Part shown: positions 37,427 through 50,100 of the stretch, piece by piece
How positions within the stretch are numbered: the stretch's first letter is position 1
Layout of the letters: every line of letters begins with the position of its first letter
Assembly (NCBI GenBank): GCA_009602735.1
Contig: WELA01002665.1
Coordinates: 1-57,597, forward strand
Source: Mesotaenium endlicherianum
Taxonomy: Eukaryota
DNA: 57,597 bases
Direction of reading: 5' to 3'
Notes under the pieces: generated by a model
What the model saw: only the letters and a program-made list of their open reading frames with translations
Databases searched by the model: none
Told to the model about the DNA's origin: nothing
Position numbers and translations under genes: made by a program

Positions 37427-39074
37427 GCTAGAGCGCCGAACAGGCCAGCCTGCGTGCCGGGCTAAGCGCCAGACTGCGAATCGCTGATGTTGAGCACGAG
37501 GTCGGCGAATTCGGTGTACTTGAACGCGCTCTCGCTCAGGAGGACCTCCAGGGGCGTTGCAGCGTCTGCAAACCCTGCAGCCCAATAGGCCCATCTTGAA
37601 GATTCCTATCGTTGCATGCACACCTTTCAGCAAGCTCGCTCGAGCAGCTAGCAAGACAGACAGTTGTTTTGACAATGTCAAAGGCAGTGGAGATGAGAAG
37701 AGATTGCGCACCGGGTGGGGGTGGCGCAACTGTCGCTGGCAATGCTGCGGGGGGAGGGGGGGACAGCGTGGGCGGCGCGATCAGCGGCGGAGGAGGGGCT
37801 GCCCCGGAAGAAGCTGGGGCACCGGGAGTTGCCTTGTGCGCGGGGGGAGGAGGGGTGCGAGTGCTCTGCCCCAGCGGCAATGGCGGCGGCGACGGCGGAG
37901 AGGGAGCAAGCGAGGACGGAAAGCGTTGGGGGCAGACCCTGAGCTTGCTGGAGTTTTTGACGATGGAAGACGTGAGGTTGCCGCTGAAGAGAGCGGGGGA
38001 GCCCGGGCTGAGGGCCACCAAGCAGGAGCGCCTGCCCACCCACACGTCCGCCGCAACGGCAGCCTGCAGCGGGCACAGAAGGGACATGAGAAAGACCCAG
38101 GTTGGACACTAGATCACCCTCCGAAGGGGTCGCAGCCTCGCATGACCATCATGGTTGACCCATCATGGCATGAGAAAGACACCACTTATTGAGAAGGACT
38201 CGGGACTGATGAAATGCATGAGTGAGCGCACGCGGGGGGGGGGGGGTAAGTGGGGTGGCGTTTACATACCGGCACGCGGTCTACAAAGAGTGAAAAGTCG
38301 ACGGTGTTGTTTGCAAAGGAGACGCCGCACAGGTACATCTCGGAGTAGCCTGTAAACTGCAGAGCCTTGCCCGCAGCCTGCCACGCGCGAGCACACACTC
38401 TTGCACAGTCATCATGCCAGCTCACTTATGACTGCTTCTTGGTCGCCTAGCTGCCACATGTGGCTGAGAAGTCATCATCTGACATCACACAAAACCCCCC
38501 CCACAGCTAACCCAGACACCCCTGCTCAGCTTTTCTCTTTGACCGCCTGTCTTCCTGCCTTCCTGCCTGCCTGCCCTCCTGTCTCACACCGCAAAACAAG
38601 CGTTCAAGCTGGTCCGGTGAGATACGTAGGCTCATATATGAGTCAAGGGAGCGGGCAATGCGCCGGCAATCCTATTGGCAACCCCACAATCAAACTGCTC
38701 AAAGTCAAGGCCTTGCAGCAGACAAGTCGCCGGCGGGCTATCCTCACCACCTGTCTAGTGTGCAACTACAAGAGCTACCGTCACGCTTTTTTGAGTTTCA
38801 AGCAGCCACCACCCGCAGTGAACCAGTCTCAGAGTTGGCGGCTTGGTAAAACATCAACTCAAATGTAGCCCTTCCTGTGAGCTCATGACATTGCGTGCGG
38901 GAATGGAGTGTATGAGCCAGAGCCACCTGGCACTTCACCTAGATTTTTAACAATGGAGGAGCTGAAGCTAATCCCTCAAAAAAGAGAAGAGGGTAGGCAA
39001 AGGAGAAGGAGAGAGAAGGGGAGCGGGAGCGTGAGCGGGAGGGGAAAGCGGACGGGGGAGAGCGGAAGTCTCAC

Positions 39075-42000
39075 CGCATAGTTGTCTTGAATGACACTGT
39101 TGAGAATCGTCACCTGCGATCCAATGTTGGCGCTGATGGCAGCGCCCCTCGCGTCCGTGACAGCCTGGGCAGTATATATGCAAAGTACAAAAGCAAGATG
39201 CCAAGACTCATTTACCATCTCTCGTGGGTAACCTTATAGCCCACGTACGTACACCACAGCCCCTGCCTCCCACACCGAGATGACATACTCAAAGCAAGTC
39301 AACCTTCGTGCAATTATGGCCTGCTTCTGTGCAGGGTGTTGAAGTGTACACTTGATTGTAGGAAAGGATGATGCTTTACGCGGATTCATAAAGTCTTGCT
39401 TAATCTCGCTTCATCATGACACAACAGCTAGGTGCACTACAACATGTACATACAAGGAAGCCCTCCGGGAAATCATTTGCTTTTGCTCTATATCCACAAG
39501 TCACTCACCAGGCTGTCAGATGGCGAGAGATGGAACCTCTTAACAACCGTGTTGAAGAAGGAGACTTGCGGGCCCCTTCCCGCCTTGGCCTTCCCTTTCC
39601 CCACAATGTAGATGCCGGACTGCGTGCCAGGTAGGATCACCAAAAGATTAGATACAAGACATAATCAGTGGATGAGCACTGTCCCCCCCACACACATAAC
39701 AAACTCGCAACCTGGCTGGACGAAGATCCAACTCAACCCTTTCATGGTCCAGACCCTTCATTGTAAGGTCATAGGTTTATAAAGTGCATTTTTGAGTTTC
39801 ATAAAAGTATGTTTTGATTGTATAGTAGTGTAGAGTGCATTTTTGTGGTCATTTTGATATAAAGCTCATCGAATTTGGTCAAGTATTGAGAGAGTTACGA
39901 ATTTATGAAGTTTAATTGGTTTTGAGGTCGGTTGACGACTGTCCTTAATTCGCGGTGAGCGCAACCGTCGGATTGACCGACAGCGTCGAGCGATCTGGGC
40001 CGTTAGAATGAACTCAAACCTTCACGTAAGTTCGGCTGACGCGGAGTGCCGACTAGGTCAATTTACCTAGAAGTTTCGGTTTAGCCTAGCGCGTCTAAGA
40101 TAGAATATTCTAGTAATGCTGATGCATGTATGTGGACGTCATTTCGGCCCGACACGTCAGATTAGACTGATCTGGCTTTTTCACGAATATTCTGGAAGGG
40201 ACGATTTGACGAACACTTAGGAAAATCCGTAGCTTCCTCCTAGAGAGGAGCACTTAGGCATAAAATTATAAATAGGCATAACTTCTTTGTTTCTTATCAG
40301 TTTTCACTTCTGTAAATCTACGGGTTTGTAATGCCAAGGCCTTTCATCCTAAACCGTTTGTGAGCAGTTTCTTGCAACTCAAAATGTTGAGTATTTTTCC
40401 TAAGCTTTGTTAGTGATATGCCGCTGCACTCTGTAGTATGATGGCGACTAGTTCCTTTCCTCGTGAGTCACTATGCTTCCACTAGGGCACTTTGCCCCTT
40501 TCATTTGGTATCGGAGCAGGGCTAGTTTGCATATTATATTATGGAGTCGCAGTCGGCAACTGGAGGAGGCAAACATGTCAAGCATGTTGAGCGCACGGGG
40601 CAGCGGGCACCACCAACGATGACCAGAGAGCAACAAGAGATGCAGGCGATGCTGAGGCAAATGGCGAATGCAATTGGAGGAGAAGTCTACACCCAGTTTC
40701 AACAAAATATGCGCGCGGAGGTGGAGAGAATGGTGCGAGTTGTTATGGGGAACACCGCTTTGACGAGTTCGGCACCTATACCTGTTGTGCCACCAATTCA
40801 TGTTAACCCAGTGGTGCAACCAATTATTCCACCCGCATCGGGAGTGCGTGCGCCTAAGCCTGAAGTGTACACTGGAGAGCGTGGATCGCCGCCTGTTCAT
40901 CAATGGATTTTTGGAGTGAAGAAATTTATGGAGTACTCTGCGCTCACGCCCGACAGGCAAGTCGCCTTTGTCATAACTTTGCCGCAGAAGAGTGCTGGAG
41001 CTTGGTATGAGCGAGAGGAGCAGCTGTCTGGAGTTCCTGCTACTGTTGATCAACTCTTTGAAGGCTTGAAGAGGCAATTTCAACCTATTGCACCCGAGGC
41101 TACTGCTCGAGATTTATTGGTGCGCCTTCGTCAACGAGCAAGCGTTCAAGAGTATGTATCGCGCTTCAACGAGCTGGTGCTTCAATGTCCATCCATGCAC
41201 GAGTCGGAGATGATAGACAAGTTCAAGAGGGGACTTAAGCCAACTGTGGCCAAAAAAGTGGCGCTCAAGGACCCTACCAGTCTTGGAGAAATGATGGCAT
41301 TGGCAACAAGGGTCGACGCTGTGGAGTATAGTCAGAGGCAGTGGGGCAGCCACAACTTTGGAGGATATCGACACTTTGGATCTCAAGCGCCAAGCACGAG
41401 TGTTCAAGGTCCAGTACCTATGGAGTTGGGACTTGTGCAGTACCAGCGCAGGCAGTAGAATCTCAAGCCGAGAGGACCCTGCTGTAATTGCGGCAAGCTT
41501 GGACATCTGGCTCGAGACTGTTACGTGAAGGCGAAGCAACCTCAACAGCAGGAAAAAGGAGGACGCCAGTAAGTCGTTCTGGGGTGTCTACTGGCGTGAA
41601 GACAAGAACTCACAAGGAGGTTATCCCCAGGAGCCTGCCGAGAAGCGAAGGACGAGATGTTGACAAGCCTATCATCGTGGAAGGAGTGGTCGACGGCAAC
41701 AAGGCGAAGTGTATGGTCAACAGTGGCGCAAGTGCAAATTTTGTGCACAAGAAGCTGGTGAAACAGTGGCAAATCCCTGTGCAGAAGCATTATGAGCCTA
41801 AGGAGGCAATTTTGGCGAATGGGCAGAGACTCAAGTGTGGTGCACCTACGGAAGCTATTCACGTGGAAGTAGCGGGGCACCAGAGTACTGAAGTTATGGA
41901 GCAGGCAGAGTTGGGTCACCATGAGGTGATATTGGGCCGACCATGGCCCAGAAAAGCCAACCCTCAAGTGCACTGGAGCACGAGACAAGTGAAGGTCCAA

Positions 42001-45000
42001 GGGCGTGATGGTCGAATGGAGACAGCGAAACAGGTGGAGGTAGATACGACCACAAGTAACTGTCTTCTGTAAAGCCTGCAAGTTAAGAAGCTATGCAGGG
42101 CGAATCAGGTGAAGGAGATGTACCTTGTTTCGGTGGCCCTGGCCAGGTCATCAGATGGAGCAAGCGTGAATCCTAACAGCCTGGGCGAATGTACATCGCC
42201 GGAGGAGCAAGTAGTGGTGTCTGATCCCCTTGCTCAGAAGGAGCAGAGCCCAACTGCTCAAGAGAAGAAGCCTGCTGAGATGCCTGCCCAAATTAAGGCG
42301 CTGTTGGAGGATTTCAAGTGCGTGTTTCCTGAGGAGCTAACTGCAGGATTACCTCCACAGAGAGCTATGGAGCACAAGATCGAATTGGAACCAGGGAGCA
42401 AGCCACCAGTGAGACCCGCCTATCGTCAATCGTTTGCGTAGTTCGATGAGTTGTAGAAGCAGCTGACAGAGTTATTGGAGAAGGGATTCATCTGACCCAG
42501 CGAGTCCCCATTTGCAGCGCCAGTCTTGTTTTGTAAAGAAGAGGGATGGGACTACGAGGATGTGTGTCAACTACTGGGCACTCAACAAGGTCACCATCAA
42601 GAACAAGTACCCACTTCCACGAGTGGACGAGTTGATTGACAGGTTTGTCGGGGCGAAGTATTTCTCGAAGATCGATTTGAGGAGTGGCTATCACCAGGAA
42701 CGGATTGCGGAAGGAGACGTTCAAAAGACTGCTTTCAGAACTCGCTATGGTTTGTTCGAGTTCACAGTCATGCCTTTTGGATTGACTAATGCACCTGCTA
42801 CATTCATGGGACTCATGAATAGTATCTTCAGACCCTACTTGGACCAATTTGTGGTGGTATTTTTGGACGACATCCTGATCTATTCGAAGACCTTGGAAGA
42901 GCATGTGGAGCATCTGAGGAAGGTGTTGGAGGTCTTGAGAGATCAAAAGCTGTATGGGAAGATGAGCAAGTGCGACTTCTGTCTCAAGGAGGTCGAGTTT
43001 CTTGGACATATAGTGGGAGCTGAAGGAGTCAAGGTGGAGCAAAAGTAGGTGCAAGCAGTCAGAGATTGGCCGGTGCCTGCTGATATTCATCAACTCAGGA
43101 GTTTCCTCGGCATGGCAAATTATTATCGACGCTTCATTGAAAGATTTGCCAAGGTATGTGCACCGCTCACGGACATGTTGAAGAAGCAGGAGAAGTGGCT
43201 ATGGGGTGACAAGGAGCAGCAAGCCTTCGAGAAGATTAAGGAGCTGTTGACACAGGCACCTGTGTTGGCAATTGCCAGTCCAGAGCTTCCTTTCACCATC
43301 ATCACAGACGCATCAAACTTTGCAGTGGGAGCCATTCTTCTCCAGGTCCAAGGCAAGGGATTACAACCTGTGGCATATGAGAGCAGGAAGTTGAGTCCTG
43401 CTGAGCAGATTTATGCAGCACACGAGCGGGAGATGTTGGCTATTATCCAGGCTTTGAGGATTTGGCGATGTTATGTGGACGGCTGGAAGGTGTTCATAAA
43501 GACCGACCACAAGAGCTTGGAGAAGTTTATGACGCAGCCAACATTGACACCAAGATAGGCAAGGTGGATGGAGTTTCTGCAACAGTTCGACCACAAGATT
43601 GAGTACTTACCTGGGAAGATCAACCCTGCAGACGCTTTATCCAGGAGATGTGACCTTGCAGCTGTCTCGGTCATCAAGGAGAATATGGACTTCAAGGAGA
43701 AACTTCAAAGAGGTTATGAGGAGGACCCAAAGTTTGCTGATGGTGGAGCAGCTGAGTTCAACGCGAGTATGCTGAAGAAGGACGGCATATGGTATTACAG
43801 TGATTCCAACAGAGTGGTGGTACCTGACATCAAGGAGCTACGAGACTTACTACTTGCGGAGCATCATGACTGCTTATATGCTGGACACTTTGGAAGCGAA
43901 AAGACGNAAAGACGGCAAGCGTGCTGAAATGGGAGTACTATCGGAGGAATATGGACAAGGACATCGAGGAGTGGATCAGGAGTTGCGATGCGTGCCAACG
44001 TAACAAGACACCAAATCAAAAGAAGGGAGGTACATTGCAGCCCCTGCCTATTCCAGAGTATCCTTGGGAGCAGATTGCTATGGACTTCATCACGTCGTTA
44101 TCAGTCAGTGGTCAAGGGCACGATGCAGTTTGGGTTGTATCTGATAGACTCAGCAAGATGGCTCACTTCATTCCCGTGAAGGAGACTTCTACGGCAGCGG
44201 ATGTGGCACGATTATTCTTTGATCATATTTTTGGGCTACATGGGTTGCCGAAGGTGATTGTTTCAGATCGGGATCCAAGGTTTACTAGCAACTTCTGGCG
44301 GTCATTGTTTACTTTGATGGGGACCAAGTTGAGTATGAGCACTTCCTATCACCCTCAGACAGACGGGCAGAGTGAGAGGCTCAACAGAACTTTGCAAGAG
44401 GTGCTCAGGAGTTTCACTATGGAGGACCCTTTAGAGTGGGACAAGAAGCTACCAGTGTTGGAGTTTGCCTACAACAACAGCATGCAGGGATCGACGAAGC
44501 AGTCACCATTCGCTATGGTTTATGGGAGAGAAGTATATCATCCAGGGAACATCTTGTTGGAGAAGGCCAAGGAGACTCAAGTTCCCACTACACAAGCGTT
44601 TATGGAGCAGATGGCGAAGACTTGGGATATGGCAAAGACGTGTATTTGGAAGGCACAGGAGTAACAGGTCAAGCATGCTAACAAGCACAGGAGGGAAGTG
44701 ACATTCCATGTGGGCGACAAAGTAGTCTTGTCCACAGAGAACCTACCTTTCGCAGGTAAGAGGAAACTGCGGGCACGGTTTACAGGTCCCTTTGTAGTGC
44801 TCAAGCAGGTGAATCTAGTGACCTACAAGTTGGAACTTCCTTCAGGCTGGCACATCCATGATGTGTTCCATGTCAGTTGTCTGCGGCCATACGTTGACCC
44901 GAATGAAGGACATCCAGGACGACTACCTACACCGCCACCACCGGTCGAGATCGATGATGTATTGGAGTATGAAGTGGAGGCGATTGTCGGCGATCGACGA

Positions 45001-46707
45001 GTCAAACGAGGTCAACAATTTGTCCAAGAGTATCTGGTCAAGTGGAAAGGCTACCATGCGGACGACAACACTTGGGAGCCAGAGGCCAACTTGACTCATT
45101 GTAAGAGTAAGTTGAGACGTTATCTGCAGAATGCATCGAGGACGTCGCATCTTGAGGAGGGGGATGATGTAAGGTCATAGGTTCATAAAGTGCAGTTTTG
45201 AGTTTCATAAAAGTATGTTTTGATTGTATAGTAGTGTAGAGTGCATGTTTTTGGTCATTTTGATATAAAGTTCATCAAATTTGGTCAAGTATTAAGAGAG
45301 TTACGGATTTATGAAGTTTAATTAGTTTTGAGGTCGGTTGACGACTGTCCTTAACTCGCGGTGAGCGCGACCGTCAGATTGACCAACAACGTCGAGCGAT
45401 CTGGCCCGTTAGAATGAACTCGAACCTTCACGTAAGTTCGGCTGACGCGAAGTGCCGACTAGGTCGATTTACCTAGAAGTTTCGATTTAGCCTAGCGCGT
45501 CTGAGATAGAATATTCTAGTAATGTCGATGCATGTATGTGGACGTCAATTCGGCCCGACACGTCAAATTAGACTNACTGATCTGGCTTTTTCACAAATAT
45601 TCTGGAAGGGACGATTTGACGAACACTTAGGAAAATCCGTAGCTTCCTCCTAGAGAGGAGCACTTAGGCAGAAAATTATAAATAGGCATAACTTCTTTGT
45701 TTCTCTTCAACTTTCACTTCTGTAAATTTCTACGTGTTTGTAATGACAAGGCCTTTCATCCTAAACCATTTGTGAGCAGTTTCTTGCCACTCAAAATGTT
45801 AAGTATTTTTCCCAAGCTTTGTTAGTGATATGTCGCTGCACTCTCTAGTATGATGGCAACTAGTTCCTTTCCTCGTGAGTCACTACGCTTCCACTAGGGC
45901 ACTTTGCCCCTTTCATTCATGGTCCAGATTGATGAAGACATGAACATACCTTTGCTCAAGGGGGATGCGCACAGGCTGACAAGAATGATTGCAAGAGAGT
46001 TTACACCTATAACTCTCTACTCAAGCAATAGAAGTCTCCTCCAGCCAATCCTCTCGATTCTTAACTCCAATGGAATTTTCTGGTGTATACCCAATTGAGC
46101 CTTAACTGCTACACCCAGGTAAGTTGCTGCATACTGTCATGAAAACACTTGATTACTATTGTAAACTGTCCCAGGAAGCTTAGCTCCATCGTGAGCTAAG
46201 CAATATCACATCTAGTGAGCGCGGTTTAGAGTGCATTTGAAGCCCAAAGAGGTAACTAAAAAGAGGCCCCTGGGGGGGGCCAGAAGCACTTACCAGGTGG
46301 CGGTCGATGCCCAAGCCATCGAAGGTCGCGTTGGAGAAGGAGACTCGCAATTTGCGGTTACCCTGCACTTTGATGGCATAAGAGGTCGCTTGGGCGGCCC
46401 CTCCAAACTCTATGGTGTGGTAAGCTGAGCCCGAGGAGAAGATCTGCAGGCTCTTCTCAACCTTGACGCTTGACGAGATGGCGAAGGAGCTCGTAAGTGC
46501 CACCTTGTCACCTCCGACAGCACTGTTGATGGCTTGCCTGAGTGCTGACTCGCTCCCAGCTGCCGCAAGTAAGGAGTGACACAAAGGAATGACACAAAGA
46601 AGTAAAAAGATTCTGTCAGCAGCTGATTCTCTGTAAAAACGCAACAGCCCCCGTATGGCAATGGCATTTTTGTGCCACAGAATTGAGTCATGGCAAACAT
46701 ATTTCAC
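39075..46707 (-). CDS. Host gene, probable secreted right-handed beta-helix (pectin-lyase-fold / Pmp-like) protein; exons 46707-46294 and 39164-39075; remainder not traced
   Basis: Hydrophobic leader, [19 protein letters not shown], then [24 protein letters not shown] (GGAI / FxxN-like); compatible phase-0 GTAAGT..CAG intron. Confidence 0.55.
39762..40503 (+). repeat. 5' LTR
   Basis: TGTAAGG...CCTTTCA; about 9 differences from the 3' LTR in the first ~165 bp, counted by eye. Confidence 0.96.
40541..41572 (+). pseudogene. gag: Gag with CCHC knuckle
   Basis: [33 protein letters not shown]; in-frame TAG at 41456-41458, then [14 protein letters not shown]. Confidence 0.92.
41551..45180 (+). pseudogene. 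pol: Pol (PR, RT, RNase H, integrase, chromodomain); stop codon lies inside the 3' LTR
   Basis: MVNSGA (catalytic D lost), [43 protein letters not shown]; many stops. Confidence 0.95.
45168..45915 (+). repeat. 3' LTR
   Basis: Direct repeat of 39762-40503. Confidence 0.96.
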
Positions 46708-47426
46708 ACTTTATTTGGCATATTTGCCACTTACTGCCAGACAGGCTTCATATGCCATTTGCAGACGTGCGCATGGCAGCAGTGCCATAGTGAAGATGAT
46801 GTGCCACTTAGAGTTTACATGGGGGTTGTTGTCATGCGGTGCTTGCGTGGCATGGCATTCAGAATGGCCAACGTTGGCACACAACCGCAAGCGTTATTAA
46901 TCAGTGGGCCAAAAGGCTACAAGTTAATCGACGACGAGCGAATAATGAAAAGTTTATTACTATTATGTCTCCTTATGTCTCATAATACTAAAGAGAATCT
47001 ATGCACTTTGACGGTACTACAAGTCCTCCATATAAGTCTTAGGCGCAGGCTCCCGCAAATTTCCCCACTCGCCCAGCAAGTGCTGCAACATCTGCATGCA
47101 GACGCGCGTGGAAGTGTGTCAGTACCTTGGAAGGGAACGGGTAGTGTACAGTATGTGTATTGCATCAGCGCGCTGACCCGTCCATGTAGAGACTCACTCC
47201 TTCACAGGCAGCGTCCGCCGCTATTCCCCCACACCACCCTCTGCAGGTGCTCTTTTCCGCCAGCCTCACTCCATTGTTTCTGCTCTAACTATCTTGCATT
47301 GCCCGACATGCACTCATCTGGCGACTAAGCAAAGGGCAAGCTGATGAGGTGCGTGCAGTAAAGAGGGGCACTCGAGGGCAAGCAGTGAGGGTGGGCAGAG
47401 GAAGCCTGTAGATGGGCTCACCTGCG

Positions 47427-50100
47427 TCAATCCTCCGTCTCTTCATCATCCTCATAGGCTGAGAGCTGCGTCTCGACATCGTCATCGTTGTCGTGGCCGT
47501 TGGTATGCTCCCTCCCCTCGCTGCCAGCGTCTCCGTTGCCGTCTCCGTCAGCGTTGGCTCGTCCGGTGATGTCAATGAGCCCGTCGAACAAGCTGGCATA
47601 CTTGTCAGCATGCTTTGCAGCCGCCTCTCCTCCCCCCCCTGCGCACACCTCGTCCATGTGCTGCCCGCACACAGTTGCACACACCACACATGACGTACTC
47701 CTGTCATTGTTATGCATTGACTACAAAATTTTGCAACACAAAATGCGCGTTTAAAAGAAACTCTAACGCGAATCGCTGCTCACCTTGGCAACCGTATCCG
47801 CCACCTTGGAGCTCGTCCCCTTCCTGTTCTTCAACCACTCCCTCGTCTTATCCAGGACCCGGTCCCCTTCCTTCAACACGGTGAGGCATTGCTCCTTGGC
47901 CAGGTCACTGCCTTCCTCGAGCATAGCAGCCCAAGCACGACCGCCCCTGGGCAGCAGCTTGGTGAGGCCTTCACGCCAGTTCCCTTCTCTCAGGAAAGCC
48001 TTCTCAGCCAACCGCAGCGCGAGGTCGTCCGGGATCTCATTAAAATTGCTGCAGTTGTGCACAGCATCGAGCTCAGCCCCCTCGCGACAAAGTAACACCC
48101 TCACCTGCCTGCCAAACTCGCTCCCGCGATTCACCCACCTCGATCTCATCTGCGCCCCCCCCCNNNNNNNNNNNNNNNNNNNNNNNNNNNNNNNNNNNNN
48201 NNNNNNNNNNNCCCCCCCCCCCACCCCGTGGCGTGGCGCCCCTTGATTGGTTATGCCTTGCTCCAACAAGAGGACGAATACATACCAGTAAAAGACCAGC
48301 GAGGTGATTGCAGATGACGCAATGAGAATGGAGGCGGAAGCAACAACGTATGGCAAACATAGGAAGATGAACCCGCGGGGTAATGTACCTTTTCCATGAT
48401 GAGGTTCACCAGGTGCTTGTCCTTCGTCGCACCGAATTGCACCCTCCTGAGTGCGCGGCCCTGAAGCTGGTTCGCCGCCTCCATAACCTTTAGCACCTCC
48501 GTCACGTGCTCCTGTTGGACCACGGCGTCGTCCAGCGCGCCTCCCGTCAGGCACGTCTTCTTGAGTACATTGAAGACTTTGAGGCAGGCCTTGTCCTGCC
48601 CATGTAGGCCCCAACAAAATTATGAGTTCTTGGTGTGCTGTCATTACCAAAAACACCACACGTCATAAGACATACACAGACTTGGGACAAGCAGCACAAG
48701 CAGAGTGTGCAGGAAAAAATGACAGCCAAAATAATGAAATAAATAAAAATCGAAACCTGCACACACGGCCACCCATCCCCATGTTGACAATACTTTGATA
48801 ACATTCGCACTTGCAAACACAGAGAGCAGTGGGAAGAGAGCAGATTTGAGAGACGGCAGATGCGTGTAGGCAGAACAAAGAGACCAGCAAGAGCCACACA
48901 AAGCAATGAGCAACGAGCAACACACAGCACAAACAGATGAAGCGGCAAGAGATCACAGCGGCGAGAGCAAAGAGGGAGCAGAGAGAAGAGAGCATAACAG
49001 AGAGCTAAAGGCAGAAATCTTAAAGGGGCATAGCACAGAAAGCGTAGAGGCTAGAGAGAAGTGGAGAGAGAGGAGAGCAGATGCCTTAAGAGGAACACAG
49101 GGAGAGCGAGGCACATCATCGTTGCAAGAGCCAAAGAGAACACAGGGAGTGATGACAGCACAGAACACTAAGAGACAAGTGGGACAAAGTGCATGTGCAG
49201 AGAGTGGTACTAAGAGAGTGGTACTAAGAGCACACATAGCAGCCAAAAAGTGAGGGGAACGAGCACAGTCGCAGCAAGAGCAGAGCCTCGAAGGGGTACA
49301 CCAGAGTTTTCTTGTCACTTACCATGTCGTCATCTTTCTTGCTTTTACCGCGCGCCGACTTCGGATCCAAACTTGCCAGGGGCCCCAATTCAGCCCGAAC
49401 CATCTCCTGCAGAGCCTTTTCCCCATTCTCCATCCCCTCGCATATGCTGCCTGATACATAACTGATGAGCTTGGCTTGTTGCTCTTCCATATGCAACGCG
49501 ATCCTCTGTTCCAACCTAGGAAACATCTTCTGCTCTAGCAGTAAAAGAAGCGCTTTCTCCATTGCACCAAACTTACTTATCATGGCATCCGTCATCCCAG
49601 GTATCTTACAGCGGACCCTGTGCCCGACAACGTCACCCAATGACTCCTTCTAATGCTCTATCACTAGTTCTTGAGGAGTTTTGCCGCGCTCCACATTGGC
49701 TGGTTTTTCTTGTAGGGGCTGAATTCGTGTGCTCATGATTGTCTACAGGCTGCGGATCTTTCCCCCCCCTCGAGGTTTTGGGTGTGTTCGGGGGACTGGT
49801 CTGTGCCTTCCTCTTGGACTTTGAACCTCCCTCTCCCATCTCAGCCCGCGAAGCAGCACGCAATTCAGCTGCCTCGATTTGATCTAACGCCTTTTCCTTC
49901 CGCATAGCTAACGCCCGAACGTGATCTGAAGGTGCAGCGCTTTCCCTGACTGGTCTAGTAGACTTGCCTGCTTGGGAGCCACGGGTAGACTTGCCTGCCT
50001 GGGAGCCACCGATAGATTTGCTTGCCTGGGAGCCACCTGGGAAAGTTTGTGGTGGAAATTTCTCAAACCGTGTTCGAGGAGTCTTCCATCGAGACGTCAT
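47427..50100 (-). pseudogene. Unknown multi-exon gene (27-bp x3 GSQAGKST repeat, helical middle, acidic C-terminus); probable transposon accessory gene
   Basis: Coding-like blocks 50100-49324, ~48597-48392, ~48150-47805 and ~47670-47427 separated by CT-rich GT-AG introns; frameshift near 49635. Confidence 0.55.

Larger units (their letters stand above)
39762..45915 (+). mobile_element. Structurally complete Ty3/gypsy chromovirus, TSD TTCAT
   Basis: LTRs 39762-40503 and 45168-45915, PBS 40506-40517, PPT GAGGAGGGGGA 45154-45164, TTCAT at 39757-39761 and 45916-45920. Confidence 0.97.

Noticed and set aside
37430..37570. Possible fasciclin-like host exon (ATPLEVLLSESAFKYTEFADLVLNIS, - strand)
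   Set aside because: Too short to assign a family by eye.
40541..45180. RIP-like directed mutation
   Set aside because: Stops arise from mixed changes (likely CAG, GAG, AAG and TCA origins), consistent with ordinary decay.
46805..46818. CACTTAGAGTTTAC as a terminus of the right-hand CMC element (also CACCTAGATTTT at 38936)
   Set aside because: Only loosely similar to the left element's TIR, and the partner end is outside the window, so it cannot be tested.
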